A stretch of 64,000 nt of DNA from Rhodospirillales bacterium (GTDB lineage Bacteria > Pseudomonadota > Alphaproteobacteria > Rhodospirillales > JAPHRK01). Shown one piece after another: positions 19,733-30,319 of this stretch. The DNA is taken from NCBI GenBank assembly GCA_026196105.1, contig JAPHRK010000050.1:1455-65454 (forward strand), in the 5' to 3' direction. Position 1 is the first letter of the stretch. Every line of letters begins with the position of its first letter. A program made the translations under genes and the position numbers. The notes beneath the pieces are model-generated. The model worked only from the letters and a program-made list of their open reading frames with translations. It was not told where the DNA came from and ran no database searches.

Positions 19733-22654
19733 TTGGAGGTAAACCCAACCGTTTACACAGTGCCGCCGAGCGCTCCCTTTGCCGATGTTCTCGCTCGCGG
19801 AATTCTTGATCAGTTTGGTGAAGACCCAGCAGCCCTTTCCCAAGTTGTTATCCTGCTGCCCACCCGACGGGCCTGTAGAACTCTACGCGATGCTTTTTTA
19901 AGGGCGAGCGGTGGAAAACCATTACTTTTGCCGCGCATGACCCCTTTAGGCGATGTGGATGAAGATGAATTAGCTCTGACGGCTTTTGATGGGCTCAACG
20001 CTGAAGCCGACTTGGAAATCTCCCCGGCGATAAGTGGGCTCAGACGACAGTTGTTGCTAACACGATTGGTTTTAGCCCTCAAAAAAGACCAGACCACCGT
20101 TGATCAAGCCGCTCGTCTAGCAGGAGAGCTGGCCCGGTTGCTTGATCAGGTTCACACTGAGCAACTCTCTTATGATGCCTTGCAAGGTTTGGTGCCCGAG
20201 GAATACGCCGAGCATTGGCAGATTACCCTGGAATTTCTTGAAATTCTTACGAAACAATGGCCGGAAATTCTTAAAGCTGAAGGCTGCGTTGACCCGGCAG
20301 AACGACGTAATCTCCTCTTAGCGGCTCAGGCCAAACGTTGGCAGGAAAACCCGCCGCAAACCCCGGTGATCGCTGCTGGCTCTACAGGGTCGATCCCGGC
20401 AACGGCTGGCTTGCTCAGCACCATTGCCCGTTTGCCCCAAGGCATGGTCCTTCTTCCCGGTTTCGATCGCTTCATGGATGAAGAGGTTTTAAAGGCCCTT
20501 GAGCCGAGCCATCCCCAGTATGGTATGTCCCGGTTGCTCGAAACCATGCAAGTGGCCCCCAATGAAGTTGAAGTTTGGCCCAAAGATCAGAACCCAACGT
20601 CTCGAGAAACTTTGATTGCTGAGGCTCTGCTTCCAGCAGCAACGGCAGGACATTGGTTGGAAGCAGAGATTAGCGAAAGTGCCTTGAAAGGGGTCAGTCG
20701 CCTTGATTGTCCTGGCCCAAAAGAAGAGGCAGGCATTATCGCCCTGATGATGCGGGAAACCTTGGAGCAGGTAGAAGAAGGGCGCACTGCGGCCTTGGTG
20801 ACACCTGATAGAACATTAGCGCGTCGTGTCGCGGCTGAATTGCGGCGCTGGGGGGTGGAAATTGATGATTCTGCCGGGCAACCTTTATCCCAATCTCTGC
20901 AAGGTACTTTCTTGCGTCTCAGTGTGCAGCTAATTGCGGAGGGGTTTGCGCCCCTAGCCTTGTTGGAAGTTCTCAAACACCCCTTGGCGGCATGTGGCCT
21001 GGAACCTTCAACTCTTCGACGGTTGGCTCGCCAATTTGAAATTGAGTGCTTGCGAGGACCCCGCCCTGGGCCAGGAATAGAAAGCCTGCAAAGCTTAAAT
21101 CAAGAGAGTGAAATCTCAGGTTTATTGGATTATTTGGAGAGCTGTTCAGTAGAGATGACCAAATTGTTCTCTCAAGAAATGTGCTCGCTTCAAACATTAG
21201 CTCAAGCTCATGTCAGCTTCATGGAAGCTCTCTCTCAAGGAACAGACGGACTCTGGAGCGGTGAGGCAGGAGAGGGATTGGCTTCCTTTATGGCAGAACT
21301 GGCAGAGGCTGCCGAGGGCATGCCAGAAATTGAGCCCTATGCCTATCCTGCTTTGCTTGAAGCATTCTTGGCAGGACGGGCTGTGCGCCCAAGGTTTGGC
21401 GGGCATCCACGTCTGACCATTCTTGGTTTGTTGGAGGCTCGGCTTATCCATGCTGACCTACTTATTCTTGGTGGTTTAAACGAAGGAACCTGGCCCCCAG
21501 AATCCGTTGCTAGCCCTTGGATGAGCCGTCCTATGATGGACAAGTTCGGTTTACCCCTGCCAGAGCGTCGCATTGGCCTGACAGCACACGATTTTGTTCA
21601 GGCTTTTTGTGCTAAAGAGGTGGTGATTACCCGTTCCGAACGGGTGGAAGGAACGCCAACGGTGCCCTCGCGCTGGCTCATGCGCCTCGAGTCTTTGCTT
21701 AAAGGCAAAGAAATGGCCCATTTGATTTTAGGCACCCTCCAGTGGCTTTATTGGCAACAGCTTCTTAAATCCCCAACTGAGCGAAAATTGGTTGGCCGAC
21801 CAGCTCCTTGCCCCCCTGTTGAGGCTCGTCCCCGTCAGCTTTCTGTAACCCAGATTGAAACCTGGATGCGTGATCCGTATGGGGTATATGCCCGACATAT
21901 TTTAGGCCTGCGCGCCCTTGATCCGCTTGATGCTGACCCTGGGGCAGCAGACTACGGCACCCTCATTCACGGGGCTTTGGAAGATTTTGTTGTTGCCTAC
22001 CCACAGGAGCTTCCCGCTAAACCTTTAGAAAAAATCATAGCACTAGGCAGAGAACGTTTTGGTGAAGCCCTGAACAAACCCGGTGTTTGGGCCTTCTGGT
22101 GGCCCCGCTTTGAAAAAGTAGCCGCTTGGTTTGTCGAGCAAGAAATTAAACGACGTCCCCATGTTGCCACCATTAAAGCAGAGGTGAATGGTAAACTGGT
22201 TCTTCAAGGTCCGGCAGGTCCCTTTAAACTCACTGCCAAGGCCGATCGCATCGACCAGATGAGTGACGGCACATATGCCATTATTGACTATAAGACGGGC
22301 GCTCCACCGACCAAAAAAGAAGTGGCAGCAGGTTTTGCGCCGCAACTTCCCTTGGAAGCTGCCATGGTTCAGTCAGGTGGGTTTAAAGGCTTAAAACCAG
22401 CGGCTGTATCCTCTTTAGAATATTGGCGGCTCAAAGGAAGTGACCCGGTAGGAGAAATCCGTGACGCAGGTGGTGATACAGCCACCTTAGCCAAAGAAGC
22501 GATAGAGGGGCTTCAAGGCTTGGTGAATGCTTTTGATCGCCTTGATACCCCTTATGAAGCAAGGCCAAACCCTGAAATGGCCCCCAAATATAGCGACTAT
22601 GGACATCTCGCCCGGCTTAAGGAATGGGCTGCTGGGGAAGGTGACGGAGAATGA
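19733..22654 (+). CDS. addB: double-strand break repair protein AddB (alphaproteobacterial type)
   Basis: 973 aa with a degenerate helicase-like N-terminus and a C-terminal PD-(D/E)XK nuclease motif (GKADRIDQMSDGTYAIIDYKTG). It overlaps addA by 4 nt. Confidence 0.9.
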   Translation: MEVNPTVYTVPPSAPFADVLARGILDQFGEDPAALSQVVILLPTRRACRTLRDAFLRASGGKPLLLPRMTPLGDVDEDELALTAFDGLNAEADLEISPAISGLRRQLLLTRLVLALKKDQTTVDQAARLAGELARLLDQVHTEQLSYDALQGLVPEEYAEHWQITLEFLEILTKQWPEILKAEGCVDPAERRNLLLAAQAKRWQENPPQTPVIAAGSTGSIPATAGLLSTIARLPQGMVLLPGFDRFMDEEVLKALEPSHPQYGMSRLLETMQVAPNEVEVWPKDQNPTSRETLIAEALLPAATAGHWLEAEISESALKGVSRLDCPGPKEEAGIIALMMRETLEQVEEGRTAALVTPDRTLARRVAAELRRWGVEIDDSAGQPLSQSLQGTFLRLSVQLIAEGFAPLALLEVLKHPLAACGLEPSTLRRLARQFEIECLRGPRPGPGIESLQSLNQESEISGLLDYLESCSVEMTKLFSQEMCSLQTLAQAHVSFMEALSQGTDGLWSGEAGEGLASFMAELAEAAEGMPEIEPYAYPALLEAFLAGRAVRPRFGGHPRLTILGLLEARLIHADLLILGGLNEGTWPPESVASPWMSRPMMDKFGLPLPERRIGLTAHDFVQAFCAKEVVITRSERVEGTPTVPSRWLMRLESLLKGKEMAHLILGTLQWLYWQQLLKSPTERKLVGRPAPCPPVEARPRQLSVTQIETWMRDPYGVYARHILGLRALDPLDADPGAADYGTLIHGALEDFVVAYPQELPAKPLEKIIALGRERFGEALNKPGVWAFWWPRFEKVAAWFVEQEIKRRPHVATIKAEVNGKLVLQGPAGPFKLTAKADRIDQMSDGTYAIIDYKTGAPPTKKEVAAGFAPQLPLEAAMVQSGGFKGLKPAAVSSLEYWRLKGSDPVGEIRDAGGDTATLAKEAIEGLQGLVNAFDRLDTPYEARPNPEMAPKYSDYGHLARLKEWAAGEGDGE

Positions 22655-25600
22655 GCAACCTCATCCAACAACAAGCAGAAGAAGCACAACGCCGGGCTTC
22701 AGACCCCAAAGCGTCAGTTTGGGTCGCTGCCTCTGCTGGGACTGGGAAAACCAAGGTTTTAACTGATCGAGTGTTGAGTTTGCTCCTTGACGCTGTGCGC
22801 CCTGAACGCATCCTTTGCCTGACCTTTACCAAAGCGGCGGCGGCAGAAATGTCGACCCGTATTGCTGAGCGTCTCTCCACCTGGGCCTCCAGAGAGCAGG
22901 ATTCTCTTGCAGCAGAACTTAATTCCTTGTTGGGGAAAGTGCCGAGTGATGCTGTTATTGCTCGGGCGCGCCGTCTTTTTGTCCAGGTGCTCGATACTCC
23001 TGGTGGGATGCATATTCAAACCATCCATGCCTTTTGCCAATCCTTGCTTGGGCGCTTTCCTTTAGAGGCTGACCTTGCGCCACATTTCACGGTGATGGAT
23101 GAGCGTGACGCGGCTGAGATGTTATTATCAGCCCAAGAAACCATGCTGCAACAAAGCCGACAGGGGCGAGATGATAAACTCGCCCAAGCCCTCGCGGTTA
23201 TTGCTTTTCATCGACATGAAAGTGCCTTTCCTGAGCTAATGAGAGCTTTAGCTTCTGAACGGGGGCGTATAAAGCGATTGATTGCAAACTTTGGTGGAGT
23301 TGATGGGGTTATTGAAAAGGTTGAGCAGCTTCTTGAGGTGGCGCCAGGAGAAGACTTGGATAGCCTGCTGAGCAGGGCTTGTGCGGAAGAAGCTTTTGAT
23401 GGCTCTGCCTTACGGGAAGCTGCGGGGGGTTTGCTTAATGGCAGTAAAACTGATCAGGAGCGGGGCGGGTTAATGGCGGCATGGCTCGCTGACATGCCTG
23501 AGGGGCGCTTAGGTCAATTACAAACCTACACGGGAGTTTTCCTTACCGGGAAAGGGGAAACCCGTAAGACGTTGATGACAAAAAAAGCGGCAGAGGCTGC
23601 GCCTTCTGCGCTTGATGCCTTAGAGACTGAAGCCGAACGGTTGGTCCGATTGGAATATCGTAAAAAAGCCATCGTCACGGCGCAAGCAACTTCGGCTTTG
23701 CTACGTTTGGCAGATGCTTTGTTAGCGGAATATGAACGGCGCAAAACCAAACGGGCTTTGCTTGACTATGACGATCTGATTTTGAAGGCCCGTGACCTAT
23801 TGAAAAAACCCGGTGTCGCTCCTTGGGTTCTTTATAAACTTGATGGTGGTATTGAGCATGTATTAGTCGATGAAGCCCAGGATACCAACCCAGACCAGTG
23901 GCAGGTGGTTGAGGCGCTGACCGGGGAGTTTTTTGCAGGTCAAGGTATTCACGAAAGCACGCGGACTGTGTTTGCGGTAGGAGATGCCAAGCAATCTATT
24001 TATAGTTTCCAACGGGCTGACCCGGCTGAGTTCGCACGTATGCGGGAACAATTTTCTGAAAATATCAAGGCGAGCGGCGAAGAATGGCGAGAAGTGCCGC
24101 TCACGGTTTCATTCCGCTCCACCTCGGCAGTTTTGGAGGCGGTAGATCAAGTATTTTCCCCAGACCACGCCGCTCAAGGGGTAGCCTTAGATGGACGCTT
24201 AATTTCTCACCAAGCCTGGAGGGTCGGGCAGGCAGGATTGGTCGAGCTTTGGCCTCCTGTGGTCCCCAAAGGCGGAGAAGAGCAAGCGCCGTGGAAGCCT
24301 CCTGTTGAGCCTTTGGCTGTAGATTCCCCCAGAGCCCGTTTAGCAAAACTCCTTGCTGCAAAAATATCCTCTCTCGTCAATGGGTCGGAGACCCTGGAAA
24401 GTCAGGGACGGGCGATTACGCCAGGGGATATCCTGGTTTTGGTGCGTCGCCGTAGCGGGTTCGTCGAAGAACTGGTGCGGGAGTTAAAGCAAAGTAAGGT
24501 TGCTGTAGCTGGGGCGGATCGGATGGTCCTGACCGAGCAAATGGCAGTAATGGACTTGATTGCCTTAGGGCGGTTTCTACTGCTGCCGGAAGATGATTTG
24601 ACTTTAGCAACCATCTTAAAAGGGCCACTTTGTGGATTGGATGAAGAGCAGCTCTTTACACTCGCCTACAATCGCAAAGGAACCCTTTATGGTTCTCTGC
24701 GGGAGAAAGCGGCCGGAAATGTTGAATTTGCCAATGCACTTGATTTCCTCACCAATATTCTTGCTAAAACTGATCGTATGCCGCCTTTTGAGTTGTTTTC
24801 TTACGTGCTTAATGGCCTGGAGGGATGGCGAAAACTCCAAGCTCGGTTGGGGCCGGATGCAGAAGACCCGATTAATGAGTTCATGGATTTGGCCCTGTCC
24901 TATGAGCGCTCCCATATTCCCACCTTGGAAGGGTTTTTGTTCTGGTTGGAACAAGGGGAAATTCAGATCAAACGGGATTTAGACCAAGGCAATAATGATG
25001 CAGTGCGCATCATGACTGTTCATGGTGCCAAAGGTTTGCAAGCTTCTGTGGTCTTTTTGCCAGATACTTTACAAGTTCCCAAAGGCAGCAATGAGCTTTT
25101 ATGGCCGCAAGACCTGATGCTCTGGCCTCCCAAGGCGACTTATAGTGAAGAAATAGCCGAGCAGGAAAAACAACGGCGCAAGCAACTGATGGACGAAGAA
25201 CATCGCCGTCTTCTTTATGTTGCTATGACCCGGGCGGAAGATCGGCTTTATGTTTGTGGTTGGGGAATGAAAACCGCGCCATCGGATAAATGCTGGTATC
25301 GTTTGATCGAGACAGCCCTTGGAGGCTTTGCTGAGGAAGCTGATGACTTTTTCTTGGAAAGCCAAGGGGAAACTGAAACATCCCAAGTGCTTCGCTATAG
25401 CTCAGCGCAAACTGTAAGGGCCGCAGAAAACCAAATCACCCAAGAAAGTTTGCCGCCCTTGGCTGCTCTGCCCGAGTGGGCAACCTCAATACCACCAAAA
25501 GAACCAACACCATCGAACCCCTTAATGCCGTCAAAACCGGAAGAAGAACCCAGCGTTCAATCACCCTTTGTCGCAAATGATACGGCAAGGTTTTTGCGAG

Positions 25601-26079
25601 GGCAGTTGATCCACCGTTTACTTGAAACTCTTCCTGGTATTGCGCCTGAGCAACGGGAAAGAACCGCGACAAAATGGTTGGAAAAATCAGGGAAAGCTTT
25701 TGCTGAAAAAGAACAACAAACCCTTGTTGCCGAAGTTCTCGCGGTGCTTGAAACAGCGGAATATGAAGCCCTCTTTGGTCCAAGTTCCAGAGCCGAAGTT
25801 CCTATCGTTGGTGAGGTAAATGGGCATGTTGTGTCCGGTCGAATTGATAGGTTGGTGGTGCAAGGTGATGAGGTTTTCATCGTTGATTATAAAACCAATC
25901 GCCCCCCTCCTATTCAGGTGGAAGATGTGGCGAAAAGTTATCTGCGCCAAATGGCAATTTATCGGAGCTTGGTAGCGCAAATATATCAAGGAAAACAGGT
26001 GCGCTGTTTGCTCCTGTGGACGGATGGACCCAGGCTGATGGAATTGCCAAATAATATATTAGATATCGCTACACCTTGA
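22651..26079 (+). CDS. addA: double-strand break repair helicase-nuclease AddA
   Basis: 1142 aa. It has a UvrD-type Walker A (AASAGTGKTKVL), DEAQDT, and a C-terminal RecB-type nuclease motif (GRIDRLVVQGDEVFIVDYKTN). Confidence 0.93.
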   Translation: MSNLIQQQAEEAQRRASDPKASVWVAASAGTGKTKVLTDRVLSLLLDAVRPERILCLTFTKAAAAEMSTRIAERLSTWASREQDSLAAELNSLLGKVPSDAVIARARRLFVQVLDTPGGMHIQTIHAFCQSLLGRFPLEADLAPHFTVMDERDAAEMLLSAQETMLQQSRQGRDDKLAQALAVIAFHRHESAFPELMRALASERGRIKRLIANFGGVDGVIEKVEQLLEVAPGEDLDSLLSRACAEEAFDGSALREAAGGLLNGSKTDQERGGLMAAWLADMPEGRLGQLQTYTGVFLTGKGETRKTLMTKKAAEAAPSALDALETEAERLVRLEYRKKAIVTAQATSALLRLADALLAEYERRKTKRALLDYDDLILKARDLLKKPGVAPWVLYKLDGGIEHVLVDEAQDTNPDQWQVVEALTGEFFAGQGIHESTRTVFAVGDAKQSIYSFQRADPAEFARMREQFSENIKASGEEWREVPLTVSFRSTSAVLEAVDQVFSPDHAAQGVALDGRLISHQAWRVGQAGLVELWPPVVPKGGEEQAPWKPPVEPLAVDSPRARLAKLLAAKISSLVNGSETLESQGRAITPGDILVLVRRRSGFVEELVRELKQSKVAVAGADRMVLTEQMAVMDLIALGRFLLLPEDDLTLATILKGPLCGLDEEQLFTLAYNRKGTLYGSLREKAAGNVEFANALDFLTNILAKTDRMPPFELFSYVLNGLEGWRKLQARLGPDAEDPINEFMDLALSYERSHIPTLEGFLFWLEQGEIQIKRDLDQGNNDAVRIMTVHGAKGLQASVVFLPDTLQVPKGSNELLWPQDLMLWPPKATYSEEIAEQEKQRRKQLMDEEHRRLLYVAMTRAEDRLYVCGWGMKTAPSDKCWYRLIETALGGFAEEADDFFLESQGETETSQVLRYSSAQTVRAAENQITQESLPPLAALPEWATSIPPKEPTPSNPLMPSKPEEEPSVQSPFVANDTARFLRGQLIHRLLETLPGIAPEQRERTATKWLEKSGKAFAEKEQQTLVAEVLAVLETAEYEALFGPSSRAEVPIVGEVNGHVVSGRIDRLVVQGDEVFIVDYKTNRPPPIQVEDVAKSYLRQMAIYRSLVAQIYQGKQVRCLLLWTDGPRLMELPNNILDIATP

Positions 26080-26161
26080 CTATGGGCCTCCATATTCATA
26101 AATTCCCTAACAACAATGTAACCCACCGGGCTTAAGACAAGCCGGAGTAAAGGAAAAGATT

Positions 26162-26479
26162 ATGACCAAACATGTTTCCGATGACAGCTTTGACACTGAC
26201 GTATTGAAGTCAGAAGGTCCGGTTCTTGTTGATTTTTGGGCTGAATGGTGCGGTCCCTGCAAACAAATCGCTCCCGCTCTCGATGAACTTGCCACCAATA
26301 TGGAAGGCAAAGTCACCGTCGCTAAAATCAACATCGACGAAAACCCCGGGACCCCTTCTAAATACGGTGTGCGCGGTATTCCTACCCTGATGCTGTTCAA
26401 AGATGGTCAAGTGGCTGCGACTAAAATTGGCGCTTTGCCAAAGAACAAACTTATTGAGTGGGTTGAATCAGTTATTTGA
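26162..26479 (+). CDS. trxA: thioredoxin
   Basis: 105 aa with the WAEWCGPCK active site. Confidence 0.97.
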   Translation: MTKHVSDDSFDTDVLKSEGPVLVDFWAEWCGPCKQIAPALDELATNMEGKVTVAKINIDENPGTPSKYGVRGIPTLMLFKDGQVAATKIGALPKNKLIEWVESVI

Positions 26480-26502
26480 TAAATTCCCTCACCAAATGAC
26501 GA

Positions 26503-26535
26503 AAACCCCTGCCGTTTTCGGCGGGGGTTTTTTTA
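26503..26535 (+). terminator. rho-independent terminator after trxA
   Basis: CCCCTGCCG-TTTT-CGGCGGGGG followed by TTTTTTT. Confidence 0.85.
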
Positions 26536-26583
26536 TGATAAAGCGCCAATGATTGAGTTGGTATTTGGAGGAAAATCAATCAA

Positions 26584-27216
26584 ATGAGCTTTGAAAGCTG
26601 GCTATCCTTTATAGCAGTTGCGTTGGTTGCGGTGCTATCACCGGGACCTGCTATATTATTGGCTGTCACTCACGCCAACCAGTTTGGTGTGCGTCGTACT
26701 TTGTTTCCAATTTTAGGGAACATTACAGGATTAGGTATTCTCACGATTGCTTCATCGGTTGGTATTGGCTCTCTTTTGGAAACATCCTCCGGTTGGTTTT
26801 TTTGGCTAAGGATTGTAGGGGGGATGTACCTTGTTTATCTCGGCTTCAAATTACTCTACGCAGCTTATATTGCCAAAAAGATAGACCAGAGCAGTTTTAG
26901 CTCTCCTGTCACAGCGCCAACACATAAACGTGCTTATCTACAAGGGATTATGGTTGCCTTGAGCAACCCGAAGGCCTTGTTGTTTATTGGTGCCTTATTT
27001 CCTCAGTTTTTGGATTTATCCTCCCCTGTTTGGCCACAGTTAATGCTGCTAGGCCTGACATTAATGGTTATGTCATTCACAGCCCTTGTTATCTATGCGG
27101 TCTTATCAAAAACCTTGGTCGCCAAAGGTAAAGAGGCTGCTTATGGTAAGGTTAATAAAATAACCGGATTTCTATTTATTCTGTTTGGGGTGACCTTGGC
27201 GGCAGGTAGTCGATAA
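26584..27216 (+). CDS. LysE/RhtB family amino-acid exporter
   Basis: 210 aa with six hydrophobic segments. The N-terminus is typical of the family (FIAVALVAVLSPGPAILL). Confidence 0.85.
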   Translation: MSFESWLSFIAVALVAVLSPGPAILLAVTHANQFGVRRTLFPILGNITGLGILTIASSVGIGSLLETSSGWFFWLRIVGGMYLVYLGFKLLYAAYIAKKIDQSSFSSPVTAPTHKRAYLQGIMVALSNPKALLFIGALFPQFLDLSSPVWPQLMLLGLTLMVMSFTALVIYAVLSKTLVAKGKEAAYGKVNKITGFLFILFGVTLAAGSR

Positions 27217-27243
27217 AGCTAGCTGAAGAAGTTATTTCTCGAA

Positions 27244-28545
27244 TCATAAAGCTAAAACTTTCCCTGCGAGATAAAGGGAGCCACAGATAAGTATTCGGGC
27301 AGGGAGTTGTTTTGATATGTTTTGGATAGCGTCCTGAACATCACTAGCTTGGCTTGCTGTAATCCCAACTTGCTCTGCAGCCATTGCCGTTTCTTCAGCG
27401 GTTAATGTATTGGGTTCTCCGGGTATGGAGATAGTCTGAAAGCTCTTCACGTAAGGAACCAGGGGCTCCAAAAAGCCTTCAGGGGATTTGGTGTTCAGCA
27501 TGCCGCAAATGATATGCAGGGGTTTATCGGTCCACTGAGCGCACTGATTAGCAAGGATTTCTCCTGCGGCAGGGTTATGCCCTCCGTCGAGCCACAGTTC
27601 CCATTCATCAGGTAGGTCTTTGACTAAAGGCCCTTTGGTCAGGCGTTGCAGGCGGGCAAGCCAGGAAACGTTTTTAATCCCCTGCTCAACCGCTTCATCA
27701 GTAATGGAATAGCGCTCAAAAAGAGCATCCACACAGGCAACGGCTAGACCGGCATTATTATATTGGTGATCACCAACAAGACCTGGTTTAGGACAGCTAA
27801 GGGTGCCCTCCGTTGCGCGGTAGGTGAAACCCTCTGGTGTCGGAATGATGTTCCAATCTTTACCCTCAACAATTAAAGGCGCTCCAACTTCGGCGGCCTT
27901 TTTTGTTATGACAGCCATAGCTTCTTCTGGTTGTTTGGCACAGATGCACGGAACGCCCGGCTTAAGTATTCCAGCTTTTTCTCCGGCAATTTCTGCTAAA
28001 GTATCGCCCAAGAAGCTCTGGTGATCTAAGGCGATGGGGGTGAGAACTGTAAGGGCAGGTTTGCTGATCAGGTTGGTGGCATCAAGGCGTCCGCCCAATC
28101 CTGTTTCCAGCAAAACCACATTGGCCGGTTTGTGGGAGAAGGCGAGAAATGCCGCTGCGGTGGTGACTTCAAAAAAGGTTATGGGGTCGTCACCATTAGC
28201 CTGTTCGCAGTCCTCCAAAAGCTGAGATAACTCTTTTTCGCTCACCAGTTCTCCGGCAACTCGAATGCGCTCATGGAAATGAACTAGATGCGGAGAGGTA
28301 TAAGCGTGGACTTGATAATCTGCGGCTTCAAATAAGCTACGTAAGAAGGCTAAGGTAGAGCCCTTACCATTGGTCCCGGCAATATGAATCACCGGGGGCA
28401 GGCTATGGTGGGGATTGCCTAGTTTTTTGAGTAAGCCTTCAATTCGCCCCAAGGAAAGATCAATAACCTTGGGGTGAAGCTTTGTCAGTCGCTTTAAGGC
28501 AGCGTCACTCTTTGCTGTCACCGGAAGGCTCTTCCCCGGTTTCAT
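27244..28545 (-). CDS. folC: bifunctional folylpolyglutamate synthase / dihydrofolate synthase
   Basis: 433 aa with the Mur-ligase P-loop HIAGTNGKGST. The start is uncertain. The annotated ATG overlaps accD by 41 nt, and an in-frame GTG at 28521 is also possible. Confidence 0.9.
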   Translation of the reverse strand: MKPGKSLPVTAKSDAALKRLTKLHPKVIDLSLGRIEGLLKKLGNPHHSLPPVIHIAGTNGKGSTLAFLRSLFEAADYQVHAYTSPHLVHFHERIRVAGELVSEKELSQLLEDCEQANGDDPITFFEVTTAAAFLAFSHKPANVVLLETGLGGRLDATNLISKPALTVLTPIALDHQSFLGDTLAEIAGEKAGILKPGVPCICAKQPEEAMAVITKKAAEVGAPLIVEGKDWNIIPTPEGFTYRATEGTLSCPKPGLVGDHQYNNAGLAVACVDALFERYSITDEAVEQGIKNVSWLARLQRLTKGPLVKDLPDEWELWLDGGHNPAAGEILANQCAQWTDKPLHIICGMLNTKSPEGFLEPLVPYVKSFQTISIPGEPNTLTAEETAMAAEQVGITASQASDVQDAIQNISKQLPARILICGSLYLAGKVLAL

Positions 28546-29476
28546 CGGTTATCGCTTCCGAAGTCACATCAATAGTTTCCTCAGCAACTTCCTCAACCGA
28601 AAGGGGGACTAAATCACCCGCTGGCTTAGGGTTACGCAGTAATGAGATAATCCGTACGAGGGTGTCACGTAGTTCATTACGTGGTGTCACCATGTCGATC
28701 ATACCGTGCTCAAGCAGGTATTCAGCTCGTTGGAAACCCTCAGGCAAGGTTTCGCGAATGGTTTGTTCAATAACCCGTGCCCCTGCAAAGCCGATTAGGG
28801 CACCGGGTTCAGCAATGGCGATATCGCCAAGCATGGCAAATGAAGCTGAAACACCACCTGTTGTTGGGTCTGAAAGAACCACAATATAAGGCAATCCAGC
28901 GTCACGAACTTCTTCCACAGCCACGGTGGTACGGGCCATTTGCATGAGGGACAAAATCCCTTCCTGCATACGCGCCCCGCCAGAAGCAGGCACCATAACC
29001 AAGGCAGCGTCTTGAACAACAGCGAGACGAGCCGCAGCTACAATTGCTTCACCAACGGCCACTCCCATAGAGCCTGCCATAAAGCTGAATTGGAAAACAG
29101 CAGCAACTACATTGTTGCCTCCCATTTTCCCATGGGCGACCAAAATGCCGTCTTTTACATCGTCGCTACTACCTCGGGCTTCTTTCAGCCGTTCGGTATA
29201 TTTGCGACGATCTTTAAACTTGAGGGGATCGGCAACAGTCGGGGGAAGCTCAATAATTTGATACTTACCCTCATCAAAAAACATATCTAAGCGTTTTTTT
29301 GCGCTCAATCGCATGTGGTGACCACAATGCTGGCAAACCCGCATGTTGTCGTCTAGTTCCCGATGAAAAATCATCTGGCTGCATGAGGGGCATTTTTCCC
29401 ACAGGTTATCAGGGATGTCCTTTTTTTGGACAAGCCCTTTTAGCTTGGGGCGAACAAAGTTTGTTAGCCAGTTCAT
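28505..29476 (-). CDS. accD: acetyl-CoA carboxylase carboxyltransferase beta subunit
   Basis: 323 aa with the N-terminal Zn ribbon CPSC...CQHCGHH and a carboxyltransferase core. The C-terminal tail is acidic. Confidence 0.95.
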   Translation of the reverse strand: MNWLTNFVRPKLKGLVQKKDIPDNLWEKCPSCSQMIFHRELDDNMRVCQHCGHHMRLSAKKRLDMFFDEGKYQIIELPPTVADPLKFKDRRKYTERLKEARGSSDDVKDGILVAHGKMGGNNVVAAVFQFSFMAGSMGVAVGEAIVAAARLAVVQDAALVMVPASGGARMQEGILSLMQMARTTVAVEEVRDAGLPYIVVLSDPTTGGVSASFAMLGDIAIAEPGALIGFAGARVIEQTIRETLPEGFQRAEYLLEHGMIDMVTPRNELRDTLVRIISLLRNPKPAGDLVPLSVEEVAEETIDVTSEAITDETGEEPSGDSKE

Positions 29477-30319
29477 TTATGCGTCTCCAGTTTTACGCGA
29501 ATTTTTAACCCCTTGAGATAGGTCACTGACCATGCCCAAGACGTTGTCGATCAGTTTAGGCTTGGCATTGCCGTCACTGTCTAAGTGCTTAGTTAACTCG
29601 TTTATGAGGGCTGTGCCAACCACTGATGCGTCTGCGACTTGCCCAATCGCCCCAGCTTGCTCTGGTGTTTTGATCCCAAAACCTACCGCAATAGGTAAAT
29701 CGGTTTGGCGCTTGAGTCGCTCAACAGCCTTGGCAACCGAGGTTTGGTCGGCTGATGCAGTCCCGGTTACTCCGGCGATAGATACGTAGTAGACGAAACC
29801 ACTGGCGTTTTCTAAGACCCGGTTAAGACGAGCATCATCGGTGGTCGGAGCTGTGAGGTAGATAAAGTTCAAACCTGCTTTGGTGGCGGGAAGGGCAAAC
29901 TCCCCTTCTTCCTCAGGAGGAAGGTCGACAACGATCAGGCCGTCGACACCGGCCCCAAGTGCATCTTTAATAAAAGCCTCAGGCCCATAGCGATAAATCG
30001 GATTGTAGTAACCCATCAAAACAATAGGGGTGTTGTCTTCACTTTCTCGAAACTCTCGAACCATGTCGAGGGTCCGGCGCATACAACCGCCATTTTCTAA
30101 GGCCCGAAGCGAAGCTGCTTGAATAGCTGGGCCATCTGCCATGGGGTCTGAGAAAGGCATACCGAGTTCGATGACATCGGCTCCGGCAGCGGGGAGGCCT
30201 TTAAGCAGGGCCAAAGAAGTTTCATGATTTGGGTCGGTGGCAGTCAGGAAGGTAACCAACCCTGGGCGACCTTCTTCTTTCAAAGCCGCAAAACGTTTGT
30301 CGATACGTGTTTGGCTCAT
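29477..30319 (-). CDS. trpA: tryptophan synthase alpha chain
   Basis: 280 aa ([20 protein letters not shown]). Confidence 0.96.
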   Translation of the reverse strand: MSQTRIDKRFAALKEEGRPGLVTFLTATDPNHETSLALLKGLPAAGADVIELGMPFSDPMADGPAIQAASLRALENGGCMRRTLDMVREFRESEDNTPIVLMGYYNPIYRYGPEAFIKDALGAGVDGLIVVDLPPEEEGEFALPATKAGLNFIYLTAPTTDDARLNRVLENASGFVYYVSIAGVTGTASADQTSVAKAVERLKRQTDLPIAVGFGIKTPEQAGAIGQVADASVVGTALINELTKHLDSDGNAKPKLIDNVLGMVSDLSQGVKNSRKTGDA

